Below, one piece after another: positions 1-13,135 of a stretch of DNA of 64,000 bases. Numbering within the stretch: the stretch's first letter is position 1; each line of letters begins with the position of its first letter. Source of the DNA: Bugula neritina (taxonomy: Eukaryota; Animalia; Bryozoa); the NCBI GenBank assembly GCA_964035545.1, contig OZ037768.1, positions 23,159,319-23,223,318 on the forward strand, written 5' to 3'. The notes under the pieces were generated by a model, which was given only the letters and a program-made list of their open reading frames with translations, was not told where the DNA came from and did not search any database. The position numbers and the translations under genes are program-made.

Positions 1-3000
1 AAGAATCAACTTTGAACAGGTATCGAAAGCTGTATCTTCCAACACGTTGAAAGAAATATCAACTAAATAACCAAAACTCATCTACAGAGAGACTAGAAGA
101 GCAACAACAGCAACAACAACTAAAGCTATATTGTCTGACTTGGCTTGTACAAATCAACACACAGGAAAAGTAAAATGAGTATCTATGATTATGACATTCA
201 ATTGTAGCAGCCAAAGTAAACACAAAGAAAGTTTAAAGTAAGTCTAAAACTATATTATAAAGATGAAGTATGCATAAGAAATAAAATACTGGGTGAAGGA
301 CAAAGTAAACCACCCAACATGTTTAACTATACATTTTTTGACTCTAGACAGTTTGGTAAAAGTTAACTTGACCTTGTAATAAACTAACCAGTGACTTAAC
401 ATTACCTGTCATGTATTACTGTTACTTGTAAGACGTCTTGGAAATTTAAAGGTAATAAAAAGTATTTCAAAGTAGAAAATTGAAAAATTAATATTGTTCA
501 ATATCAAGTTTTGCTATAAAAGTATTATAAAAATAAATAAAATATTGATAGTAAGAGGTCAAACTAAAATTTCATTGGAATTGTTTTATTTAGATCAGTA
601 TGAAAGAATTGTCAGCTTTTTAAAAGCAACTAATGAAACAAAGTGCAGTCTCATTAAAATTTTGTGTTTTGCCCATTTTAAATTCAACAACTTACATGTA
701 TACGAATAAATCAAACAGCATTGTCAAACTCAAAATGCACATTACCAGCAGATTGTGTGAAAATTTTGTCATACTTTAATTGTAAGGTTTTAACATGCTA
801 TGCAAAAAGATATGGTGCCCTGAGCTGGGCTGTAGTAAGACATGTGTTGAAGAGAGAGACTAGTAAGTGGTTGGCAGAATCAGGTGTCATAACATGTAAA
901 ATATTGACAGCTTAAGACAGCATTTTTTATAAGCATCAAGTAAATATTCAAATTCATAAAATTCTTTCTTTTGGACAACTTGCATTGGCACATAAAACTA
1001 TTGGAATCGCAAAGAGCATTAAACTGACCCTTACAAAGCACACTTTGGTGTCTTTAAAAGTGTTCTCTTAATCTTTTGGCAGCTTTCCAAATTTTTTTCC
1101 AAAACTCTTTCACTTTTACATTTCATAATTGTAGTCTTGGCTTTGCTTTTAGTTTTTAAGACAGTTATAAAATCTATTCAATGAAGAAGCTGTTTTTAGC
1201 TTTCTAGTAAGCTTTAGCTTGTAAACTCACTCGGTATAAAAACTTGCCATTCAAGTTAATTTTTGCATAGCCCAGTTTCAAAAGATCAGCAGTCTATTAT
1301 CAGCAGGTTGAGTATGAATTACACATTTATTTTGATTTATCTATACCGACATATGCTATTTGAATTTTTAAATCCTAAGGCCAATTTATCAATTTACTAC
1401 ACATTTATCAATTGAATTGAACATTGATACTATCATTTATAATTATTGTATTAGTATTATAATGCATTTTGGGTTAACTTGTTTTGGCTTTCACAATTTC
1501 TAGAGTATAAAATGAGGCGAGTTTCCAGTGTAGAATCAGTTTGCTACTGGAGATTGCAGAGGACAGACCTAGGACAAAGACTACTATCATATACTCTCTA
1601 CGCAATAAAGAATTATACATCTGGGAAAAACACTCTCTGTTATTTCTTCTCACTTCAAGGAGTTATGTTCTCCAATAAATTACTTTCAACCCACAAAACT
1701 GTCTTAGTATTGATATTTTATACAGTAAATGATGGAAATAACTATCGCTAGGCGTACGATAAAAATCACTATCACAATGAGAATGTTGGTGGTAAATTCT
1801 AATTTAAATAATTTTTATCCATAATTCAAAATAATTAGTATAAGTATAACTATAAGTAATACAAATATTAATTATTAAATTGTTGATGCAAATATATATA
1901 ATTTATTAACTGCAAAATATTATTATACATTCAGTCTTTAAGTTAAAGGAAAGTAATTTACTTTTGGTAGTTGCTAATTAAAATTTTAAACTTAAAATTA
2001 AATCGCTCATCATTTTATTAATTTAAATTTGTCACTCACACTGTACTTATTTTATTTTAATAACATGAATATAATTATCAATTAAAACCAAAATGAAGAT
2101 TGTAGATTACTTAGTTTCACTTTTTTATCTTAGTAAACAGTAAATTTAATGGTTAAATTTAACTTTAAGTTCAAGTTTCAGTTTGCCCGATTAAGTCCAT
2201 TAACTGAACTGGTGAACATAACATTAACAACGTACCTTAAACCACAAATGTACCTTAAAATGACCACACAATGAAAAGATTTGTTATCAAATTAGTGATG
2301 ACAGACTTATCAGCTTGGCTTCCACGCTCTTGGTATTTATAATTTAAGATACATTTTAATTGTTTTAAATTTTATTAGGCTTTAACTTTAAGTTTAGCTT
2401 AGCTAAGCGTCTCCTCCGATGCTTGCGAATTACGACAACCGCTAGAGGCAACACCAACAGAGGTGTGAGTGGGTGTGAGAGCTTGCATAAACTTCTCAGC
2501 ATGAACTCGATGTCTTCGCACTACTGCACTCAATGAGCTTCGATTTGGCGCTGTTTCAAGCGATTTTCACTAATCACATTTCAAATTTTGTTAGCTTAAG
2601 AGCTTTGCCGCTATGAGTAGGGTCTCTTATCTGATAAAGCTTGATGCACTAAACTGGATATTATTGGAGTTCATTGGTTTACGAGTAGCGGAGCAAGTGC
2701 ATGCATTTCTATAAAGTAGAAACTTTCATAGCTAGACTCGGACTGAGTCTGAGACTGATGGCTTAAAAGTTAAATTGCAATCACAATGAGAATAACAATA
2801 TTGATGAATTTGTTATGCATTTAATACCATGTACATAAAAGATTTAAAGATATAGTACGTATATGGGTAACTTTAGTTTTTTTGCTAAAAAATACGACAT
2901 ATGATAATCATAATGATTGAGTTATACTCATTAGTTATACTTATTGACTTTTAGTTTTACTTTTAGTTAATAGTTTTACACGTGCACAGTACAGTAATTG

Positions 3001-3483
3001 TAACGGTGTGAGTATCACTATGACTATCAGTACGAGTATAACTATAACTCAATAAGTACTGACTATCAATGTGAGTACCCGTTGAATGTTGATGGTATGC
3101 TGAATTTACTTTTAATTTCTTCAAGTCCTCGCATCATCATGATGTTTATATTGTCTCATGTGTGCTTGCTTTATTTGGTTCAGTGATTGGTTGAGGAGTT
3201 TGCAATACCTATATTAACTATAAACTTATTCTTAAAGTAATACTTGGGGTATACGAGAAAGCTCAAATGTAGGTATCATCGCAATTGAGCGCTAGGCTAA
3301 ATTTCCCAGTTGGACGCTATCTATTTATCTTGGTATCTTGGGTTTTCATTTTTAATAATATTAGTTTTCTATATTAATATTTTTATTGTGTTGTATGCAA
3401 GTCAAAATGAGTTATCAAATTGATGCTTCTACCTAGCCAGTTTATATAGGTATATAAATACTGCATTGTGTGCTATGTTCATC

Positions 3484-3667
3484 CTGTAATACACTGTAAT
3501 ATTCCGTATTATAATGGAACACACTGTAATATACTGGAACAAACTGTAATATACTGTAACACACGGTAATATACTGTAACACACTGTAATATACTGTAAC
3601 ACACTGTAATATACTGTAACACACTGTAATATACTGTAACACACTGTAATTCACTGTAGTATACTGT
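3484..3667. repeat. 20 bp minisatellite (acactgtaatatactgtaac), ~9 copies, just upstream of the acceptor before the OXNAD1 start codon
   Basis: Tandem repeat read directly; it explains the spurious ORFs 3429-3678. Confidence 0.95.
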
Positions 3668-3696
3668 TCATTGTGCATATTGTAGTAGGTAAAACA

Positions 3697-6600
3697 ATGG
3701 CCGTATCCAGAGCTAAGGTTATTTTAGCAGAATATCTCTCACCAACCATTAGGTGGTTTCGGCTGCAAGCGCTTGAGCCTCGACCTTCTAGATTCTATGC
3801 TGGACAATGGCAAGTCATTCTGAATATATCTAATCATATCTGACCTCTCACCTCAATGAGATCCAAGATTTATGAATGAACCTGTGTACTCTGCTACTAA
3901 TTCTTGCTACTATATTTAGGCTAGATCTACACATTCCCATGACAGACGGGGTGGTGGTGACAGGGTACTCCATGTGCTCCAGTCCTCAGCAATTTCTTAA
4001 ATCTGGCCAATTAGATTTGGCTGTCAAGAGAAGTGATGAGTCCGCAGCTTCATGGATGCATGATGAGGTCTGAGAGTTCTAGATACTGACTTACCAAGTA
4101 GTAATGCTACTCAACTATGTTGATTATTAGAGCTCATTGTTTTACAGTCTGCAACAATAACTTACGTTAGACTTTTTATTTAATGAGCCAATTACTATTA
4201 TTATTAATATTAGTATCACTGAAGGTGAATCAGGTAAACCAAACAAAACTAGAACGCATAATTAGTTATTTTAAGTAAAATTCTCGTTTTTAATGATATT
4301 TATTAAATAAATAATACTTGATAATTTAATTATTTAATATGAAATAATAAGTTTAATATTAATTTTTTCATATTTAAATTCAAGCAGTATATATGACATC
4401 ACCTGCTCCCTTTGTATACTTGGTACACAACTTTGGTTTATCATATATAAAATGTCAGTATAATTATTTTTTGTTTAAATTACAATTCTTTTACTTAAGT
4501 TGGAGTTGTTTTCCCTATCACAATTGAAATTAACTAGCAGACTAATAGTATGTTTCGCATAAAGAAATGCTACTATTTTATAGGTATTTAATAGAAACAG
4601 CCGGGTGTGACTAAAATGGGTGGCCACCCGGTGTCGCGGTCTGTGACACCCATTTTAGTCATAAGGGGGGGGTTGACTAAAATGGGTGTCGCGAACAATT
4701 TTTGTTTTATTTTCAGATTTTTAGACAGCTGTGGCTGTTAAGATTATTGTTAAATAAATCTTCAGTGAATAATTCACATTTCACAATCGTTTAAACTAAA
4801 AACATGAATAAATAATGATTAAATTAAATTAATTTCAACAAAAAACAAACTTATCGAGAGTTATCTTTCCTCATCAAAAATTTAATTTTCACTCAATTTT
4901 ACTGTTATCGTTATGATCATAGACATGCTAACTTATGAAACATATACTTTAAACTATTAAAAACGTTTTGAGCAATATTAACAACCAAAAATGTCTACAA
5001 AATGTGAAAGTAAAACTAAAAATATTCCCGACACCAATTTCAGTTCAGAATGACTAAAATGGGTGTCACGGTGATTTTTGCTCTATTTTTTGGCTTTTTG
5101 GCAATTCTTGTTGTTAAATTGGTTGTTGATCAAAACTTTAGGAAAACTCTAATATATTATAACTGTTTCACCCCAAATGACAGTAGTATTAAATGATAAT
5201 TTACAATAATAATAAAATATAATAAAAACCGAAACTATCAGTGACACCCCTTAGAGTTATCTTTCCTTAGTTCTTAGTTTTGTTTTCATGATTTTTCCCT
5301 AATGTTTGTGAGTATTAAAAATGTTAATGATTTTAATTAGTAAAGGCAAGTAAAAGTTTCAACATGACACAATTTATAGTATCCAAAACCGCCCAGAAAG
5401 CTCAAAATAAAGCAAAAATCACAGTGACACCCATTTTAGTCATTCTTGGGTGTTTTGACTAAAATGGGTGTCGCAAATATTTTTAGTTTTATTTTCACAT
5501 TTGTAGACATTTTTGTTCGTTAATATTGCTCAAAACGTTTTTAAAAGTTTAAAGTATATGTTTCATAAGTTAGCATGTCTATGATCATAACGATAACAAT
5601 AAAATTGAGTGAAAATTAAATTTTTGATGAGGAAAGATAACTCTCGGTAAGTTTGTTTTTTGTTGAAATTAATTTAATTTATTCATTATTTATTCATGTT
5701 TTTAGTTTAAACGATTATGAAATGTGAATTATTCACAGAAGATTTATTTAACAATAATCTTAACAGTCACAGCTGTGTAAAAATCTGAAAATAAAACGAA
5801 AATTGTTCGCGACACCCATTTTAGTCCAAACCCCCCCCCCTTATGACTAAAATGGGTGTCATGGACCGCGACACCGGGTGGCCACCCATTTTAGTCACAC
5901 CCGAAACAGTCATATTCTAACTTGAAAAACACTTTCACCGGCCTTCCATGGTAAGATGCCAAAGATCGTTTTGAGCTGGTCTGTGGAGTTCGATCTCAAG
6001 GCAATAAGACCATGGAAAGACGAAAGATTGATCTGGGAAGTAGAAAAAGACTGCTCACTAAAAAGTTGTCTGCTAATGAAAATTATAACTTATTATTAAT
6101 TGCTAAGCAAAGTACTTAATAATTACGATAGCCACCTTTTCAGATGCCAAAACTTTGACTTTCAGTACAATGAAGAAGAAAACTCAATTATGTAAAATTA
6201 TAGATGGTAGAAGGTACAAGAAGTGGGAGCTTTTAAATTGGATTTAAATGACTAATATAAGTTATTTGCTTCGTACTTTCAAACCTAACAGTTCTGTAAG
6301 CTTATGAATAAATTTAGGCCAAAAATTGAGAGTCATTATCCTAAATTGTCTAAATTCTTTTACACTAAAAGCTTTGCTGCGTATAGTTTATAGCTTGCGT
6401 TGAATTTTAGACTACAACAATCTTGTTTTTTGACAGCATTAGCTTCAATCAGTCAGATGGGTGAGCAAATTATATTATTCGAGTATCTTTCACTTAAGAG
6501 GAGGTAACTCCGTGAGATCGATCTGACACTCTTGTGGAAAAACGATCGATCTGAGCATATTTCTCAGATCGATATCGCTGAGATCGATCTGAGATCGATC

Positions 6601-9600
6601 CATGGAAACCCAGTGTTTGTTTACTTCTCATATAGATCTGGCATCTTTCCATAGTCTTATTGATCTGAGATCGATCTGAGTTTGATCTCTATAGACCGAC
6701 CAGCCCAGATCAACGAAGATCGATCCATGGTATCACAGGTTTTGCATGGATCGCTTGATGATTCTTCGCTGTGCGCTGATGAGCAAATGTAGATTGTTGT
6801 CTCTAGCCTGTGTTCCCACTGCTAGAGTTTGGTGAAAATATGTGAGATCTTCTGGCAGTGTATTCAACAGGAAATTGATATGGAATAAGCAAGTCTGAAA
6901 TATTGTCGGAGCTAAAACCATTTAAACCTGATAACGACATTACTACACGCATTTCTTCAGTAACATTTTGGTTTTTGTTCGAAGAAGATCAACAACTTTC
7001 TGTCAAGCATAACTAGATCACTGAATATTCCAGCAATTGACATCACTCTATGCTTAGCACAACGTGTTTTCCTATTGAGGCTGGAGGAAAATTTTTCATG
7101 CCATAATATTCGTGCAGAGCTAAACGGAATCTATTGTAATCTTGGAAACGTACTATAAATTAATGTTGTCATATTTTATTAAACGATTTTTTTTGTAGTT
7201 ATAATAGGTTGTAAATATTGTAAGAATTTTTAGTATTCGAATTGATTATTTTATGGTTATTTTAGAGAGAAGATTGTGTTATTATATTAGCAAACGCCTA
7301 CTTTGGATGCAATATGAATATAATTTTATCATACTGATACTACAGTACTCCTTTCATATTCCATAGGTAACGAGAAGGACTTGAGCCCTGTTTTGTGGCT
7401 TATGTATATATATGGGGACAAAATTGTCAAGTTTAACAGATCTGTGAGTTATGTGTTAGTAAGATATGGAGAAAGCTCTGTATTACTATCACTATTGGAT
7501 TATTGATTCAATGTAAAATTCGCTAGTGTACTGTCGGAGTGGAGCTCTTATACAGATTTGGCGGGAAGGTATTTCTAGATGAAAATCTTGTCATGAAAGA
7601 ACCATGCAGCAGTTACTTGTTGATAGCGGGTGGTATCGGCGTCAACCCGATATACTCAATACTCCTGTCACTAATGGCAACCAACACAAATGTCAACATC
7701 TCTATGTTATACTCGGCAAAGTCGAAAGATGAGTTAGTATTCTTGGTAAGTCATATTTATATGAACACCCTGATTTAAGTTGCACTTGGTGACATAAATT
7801 TAACTGTCATGTTAAATTAACTTGTATGGTGTTTTATCTGTTATTTACTTGCTAACACTATGGTTGTATTGTACCAGAAACTCTAGAGTACTAGAGTATT
7901 GCCTCAGTTAGTAAGTTATCTTCTCTCTAATGTCTTTCTAAACTTTGAGAAATGCACTGTTCCATTGGAAACGTTCATTAACTTAGGCCTGGTCACACAC
8001 TTGTGAGTCATGTAAATATTTTTGTGAGTTATCCTTCCGTTTTTGACCAGCCACACTTTCGTCGGACAAAGCACATAGTAAATAGTCCGAGTGAATAGGT
8101 CTTGCACGAGATAAAAACAGCAGAAAATTGCCAGACACGGAAACGTGGCAGAACTGAAATAGTCGCTGTTGCTAAAATTTTATTGACCAATCAAGTGGTG
8201 CTTAGCATCAGTTACGCTCTTTCGTCCATCGTGTTTGGTGGGTGTACCTAGCGAACACGATTTCGTATAATTTCTTTAAACTTGATCTTACGTCTTGTCT
8301 TTTTATGTAAAATGACGGTTTTGTGTGATTCTCACGAGTGTGTGGCCGAGCCTTTAGCAATTTCCTCCTATGCTGTTACTCTGCTCACTAAACCTTTTCT
8401 TGATTGGCTGGTGTAGTCGCCTCTTGTCTTTGGTCTACTTTCTAAAGAAGTTGTTTTCACCTTAAAGCTGTTGGCCCATTTCAAAACTGTTTTGGTTTAA
8501 ATCGCCATGTCCAGATTTTATTCTATAAAGTTTACTTGGTCTAACTCATTCACTTGACACGCAGCTTTGTTCAACACACCAGCAAATTTTGATAGTGCCT
8601 GTCATGTATATCCTATCATACTTTCTAAAAAGATGTAGTATTGCCTCAAAAGTTTTATTGATTACAGTGTGGACAACTCTTAAAAAATATAATTCTTGAC
8701 GAATTGACATATCTTACAGTTATGTTTGGTTTTATGAAGAAATCTTCTTTTCTTTCTAACTAATTTTACTTTTTAGCACTTACATTATAATATATTATAT
8801 TATAATATAATATATTATATTGTGATATAGTATATTTTCTCACGCAAGTTTATAGTCACTATCCCTGTGAGAAAACCCCTGATGGAACAGGTTTTTGTTA
8901 TATCAGGCTAAGAACTTATTAAGATGAGGCACAGGAGCAATTATGATTGGATGCTCTTCCTAACATCACCCAACGGCCCTTGTCAGGTTTAAACCCAGAA
9001 TGCAGGGTTTACTAGGCAAACACTCTAATCTCTAGACCACAGATGCTCCCTTAGTGTAATATATTTTATTATAATAATATAATGAATTTATAATATATTG
9101 TGATACAATATTATATTATACTATAATATATTACTAGATAATATAAAATAAATTAGTCTCAGCTTTTAAAACATGTAAGATACAAAACCCCTTTGGGTGT
9201 TCAGCTTACACCAACTGTTATGCTTCTCTCTCGGTGGGACATGTTTCCATAATCTACCATAATATGTCACCTTAAATTACTAGGTGCAGTGGCATGTCTA
9301 TTCATCCTAGGCAGGTATTTAAGGTATAATGATTTAGGCCTTGTATTTGGTAGAAAGACATTGCTGAGCTGAATAACCAGACTAGAAATATGTCCGTGAA
9401 ATATTTCGTTACGCAATGTCAAGGAGGCAATCCCACTGAGTCAACAGCTATTCATGGTCAGCACATTTTTACTTGACTTTATTGTCTTACCAAAGTTCTC
9501 CTAATTACATACCATGGTGTGAATTCTTAGCTGGACTCCCTGAACATGACTGTGTAATTTGCATTCTGAAGGAGATATAATTACCAGTTGAATTGTTACG

Positions 9601-9839
9601 TAGAAATGCCATAAGTATCTAATGTTTTGTTGAGTGGGTTTAGTCACAGCTGTGGTCATATTTTCTTTCTAGCTAGGAGAATTGGTAAGGAGGATTTGTC
9701 AATGGCAGTGGAAAAGTTAAGCAAAGATAGACTGTGTGTGTTCATATGTGGACCCGATTCTATGATCAGAGACACCAGCTCTGAGTTACAGGCCCTTGGA
9801 ATACCCGAGACAAATATTCACTATGAGCTCTGGTGGTGA
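3697..9839 (+). CDS. OXNAD1: Oxidoreductase NAD-binding domain-containing protein 1 (FNR-like). Exons ~3697-3809, 3920-4067, 7527-7745, 9354-9456, 9673-9839; further upstream exons possible
   Basis: Spliced translation gives FYAGQW-LDLHIP..VVTGYSMCSSP..LDLAVK, LLIAGGIGVNPIYSI, MLYSAKSKDELVF, VFICGPDSM and a C-terminal IHYELWW*. Exon phases are consistent; intron 1 needs a GC donor. Confidence 0.9.
4603..5902. mobile_element. Non-autonomous foldback/MULE-like DNA transposon, 1300 bp, ~500 bp modular TIRs, in OXNAD1 intron 2
   Basis: Ends GGGTGTGACTAAAATGGGTGGCCACCCGG... and ...CCGGGTGGCCACCCATTTTAGTCACACCC. Flanked by a 9 bp TSD, gaaacagcc (4594-4602) / gaaacagtc (5903-5911). Internal repeats of GACTAAAATGGGTGTC in both orientations; no transposase ORF. 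Confidence 0.9.
5936..6760. mobile_element. Degenerate GATC-rich inverted-repeat element (probable MITE remnant or remnants)
   Basis: 5946-6020 (ccatggtaagatgccaaagatc...gcaataagaccatggaaaga) resembles the reverse complement of 6635-6730. Many GATCGATC and CCATGG palindromes; ends and TSD unclear. Confidence 0.55.
7986..8352. mobile_element. PIF/Harbinger (Tourist)-like MITE, ~367 bp, in OXNAD1 intron 3
   Basis: TIRs GGCCTGGTCACACACTTGTGAG / CTCACGAGTGTGTGGCCGAGCC; flanks tta / ttt, consistent with an imperfect TTA TSD. Confidence 0.7.
8838..9051 (-). mobile_element. tRNA-derived SINE, copy 1
   Basis: Reverse complement aligns with 13948-14160 and 63126-63336: A box tggtctagag, B box ggtttaaacc, core gatgttaggaagagcatcc, tail ctataaacttgcgtgag. 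Confidence 0.85.
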
Positions 9840-10464
9840 CACAACTCTAATAGAATTATGCAGTATTTAGTAGAGCAGACATTAGCAATGTATGCCCAGG
9901 ACAACACAAAAGTGGTTACCTTGACCTTGAAATGATAAATTTAAGATTCAAGATTCAAGTTTTTGCGACGGACTACCAAACTTTTGAATGTAGCCCTAAA
10001 TTTGGCATCTCTGTGGAACTTTACTTCTTTGTGGTCATACCTGAATACTTATGCAATCACCTTGATACACACTCGCATGTAATGAATTTAGAACTAGTCT
10101 AGTAAATAGACATCAATGAATCCATTCTATATCAATTTACATAATGTAATATAGTCAAATATTGCATCTGATTATATCGATTTTTTATAAACATTTTTTT
10201 AATGAAATTTCGTAATTTTATATAGAATTTGATTTACTGATTTATTATATTTATATTTATATTATTTATTATGTTATATTTATATAATTGATTGACATTA
10301 TAGCAAAGAGCCATAAAATTATTGTTATAATTTTAGAATACATTTCCTAAATATCTTGATAATAAATATTTCAAGCATGTGTAATTTGAATACTCTTGAA
10401 GAATAATTGACCTTCAATAGATTATTTTGTTCTCACCTTTAGTATCTGACCGTTTCATGTGAGA

Positions 10465-13135
10465 ATGGACAAGGATATACGAGTTAGAAGACAACCGGTG
10501 TGTATTGAGTTGTGTATATTTACTATGTTATGCTGAGTCACTTTTATAGATTTTATCTGTATACTTTTGACTACCCTTTTTGGCTTCTGCTGTTTTTTGC
10601 AGACAAGTTGGAATTTGATGATTCAACTAAAAGTCATTCTGGTGTGTTTTTAGTGACTTTAGGTAAAAATAACGCAGTGCAGGTAATAATGGCACAAATG
10701 AAAAATTAGGTAAAAATGCCACACTAATGTTAAATTTCCCAAACCTTCAACCTCAAACGCTAGTATTAAATATGTGCCATTATTACCTGTGCTGTTATTA
10801 CCTGTGCCATTTTTACCGGACACTGTTTTAGTGCAAATTTAAAAAGAACCATTTGTTGTTACAGCCAAAGAAACGGACTAGAGTTCCTAAACGCTCGTTT
10901 GTTAAAACAAGGAAGTTGAAAAAGTTTTCCGAGAAAAGAACTTGTCCACCAGCTCAGCCTGTGGATATTCCCTGCCTTGATTATAGTCCAGATTCTGTAC
11001 TTCAATGTGAAGGTTCATCTACCACTTGCTTTGAGCTGCAGAATCAAAGCATATCTGCACCACTTGACATTACATCTGCACAACATGAAAGCATATCTGC
11101 ATCACGTGAAATGGAAACAGATGTGTTCGATACTGAACTTGTTGGCCTGAAATTTGCTTCAAGTTTGTAAATACTCGTACCCTCTGACTATATACATGTT
11201 ATTACAAAATAATTATTTTCTGTCAAGTTTTAACTAATTGTGAATTTTTGTAATTTATTTTATTTATAATTATATGAATTATTTCTTTTTCAGAATTCTG
11301 CTGTACATTCCACGAATTACATAAATGTTTAGAAATTATTAATGAATAATTTCTCAAAAAAAGCAGCAATGATTATTTGTATATTATTGACTTTAGATTG
11401 TAAAATTTCTGGCCTGCTTTTTTCAGTCAAACTGGCGAAAGTATTGGTGCTTTGTTTCAACAAACTAATCAGTAAATAAATATAAATTCTATTGTAGACT
11501 CGGACTTAGTGAATGAACGTCTCAGCTTTATACAAACTGGTGAAAATTCAATATCCAACAGTTCACCTGGTCCTTGTCTAGATGGAGATAATCACACACT
11601 CCAAACCCAGCATCAGACTTTGAGTTTAGCCGATAAACTATCGCCACTAAAAATCTCAAATACTGAGGATGTCTCCAAAACTAAATGGTTAAAGGCCTGC
11701 GTAGACAGCGTGGTGTCCATCACGGCCTATCCCACCACTGTCGTCACCATGACTAACAATATGTCCATCATTCGTCGTCACAGCAAACTCCATCTATCTA
11801 AAAATATAAGTAAAGATATGAACGAAGAGGAGCTTGTACGTTTAGCAGACGACATGGCTAAAAGCGAACAGCAAATAGATGAGATGTTAAGGTCCGTAGA
11901 GAATAACAATAAGATGCTGGTGGGATCTTACACTTGTGGAGAAAGAGTAGCCCATATGGTGGTAAAGCAGGAGCCAGACAATGCTGCTTATGATGACAGG
12001 TACGCTGTCAACAGAGCTTACATAATAGTAATCTACTCTTTGTTGTTTATAATTTGTATAATGCAGTATAGGTTACAGATCTGTTCTAATCTTGAACTCT
12101 GATGGATTGGAATTTTCAGCACAATTCAATGACAATACTAATATTATTGGTTATTCATCTGTTTTCATATGCCATGTGTGTGCTGAAATGTCTTGCAGTT
12201 AATACCATAATGTATTTTGGAAAGTGTTATGTAGTAATGATAGGTTATGGTACAATAAACATGATTGTCTACCATAACTGCCCAGGGAAATAAATAAGCA
12301 AAATATACAATACTTAATGGTTGCTTTAGTTGCACTCAACCACCTAATGTTAAAGTATAATATAATATGTTTATTGAATACAATTTTGTAAGCTAATAAT
12401 GTGAGAGTTGGCAAAATATTTGCATGGTTTAAGGTACAAAACTAATGTTGGAATACATAATACATATTTCTAATAGAATAATGTACTGTACAATTATTGG
12501 TATTATTTATTTACCCAGAATAGTTCTCAGCATGGTGTACCTACCATGGTTCTGTCTTGGAACAGCCAGCTATACGTTATATTTACTTTGAAATTTGCTC
12601 CATATTATATAATTAAAGTGAGTAATGAGCCATTGTTATACACCTATTTCTCTGATGTCATCATCATATGATTTACTCTAAATGTTGCAAAAGCTGCCTG
12701 TGATATTGCAGGTTGCTTGCAAGGGCTGACTTAAATATGAATAAACATCATAGCCCTGGCACCACAGTCCTTCAGCAGTCAGCTAGGCTTCTGTGGGAAA
12801 GGTAGGACAACCCTCCGCACTAGCTATTAGCTGTCAATAATATGCTGTACTTGTTAACATGTTGTAATGGAATGCAGTAATAAAACCGATTTTCTGTTAC
12901 TATTTGATTTGCACTTTTTTTTTCTTTTTCAGTGAACACATCTCTTCCTATAAACGTGAAATGGGTAGTTCGTTGGGGTGGACCAAACTGAATGACAGAC
13001 AACGGCGGCCATATTTGATGAGAGCTCAACATGCACTGGGTGACCCCAGCTGCTACTCTACAAAGAAGTACGGCTGCACTTACCCTGAAATAGTTGAGAA
13101 TAGGCTGAGGAAAAGGCCAACACACAAAAGCAGAG
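10465..13135 (+). CDS. Uncharacterised protein with a basic N-terminal NLS-like stretch and a divergent HMG-box-like segment. Exons ~10465-10497, 10865-11162, 11498-11999, 12712-12801, 12933-13135; 3' end unresolved
   Basis: Five exons join in frame with canonical GT-AG sites. Contains PKKRTRVPKR and QQSARLLWES-EHISSYKREMGSSLGWTKLNDRQRRPYLMRA. Confidence 0.65.
10640..10826. mobile_element. Short MITE remnant with GGTAAAAATGGCAC-type subterminal repeats; a related fragment lies at ~13543-13600
   Basis: aggtaataatggcaca on the left is inverted to tgtgccattattacctg...tgtgccatttttaccggacactg on the right; the same motif array recurs at 13543-13600. Confidence 0.55.
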
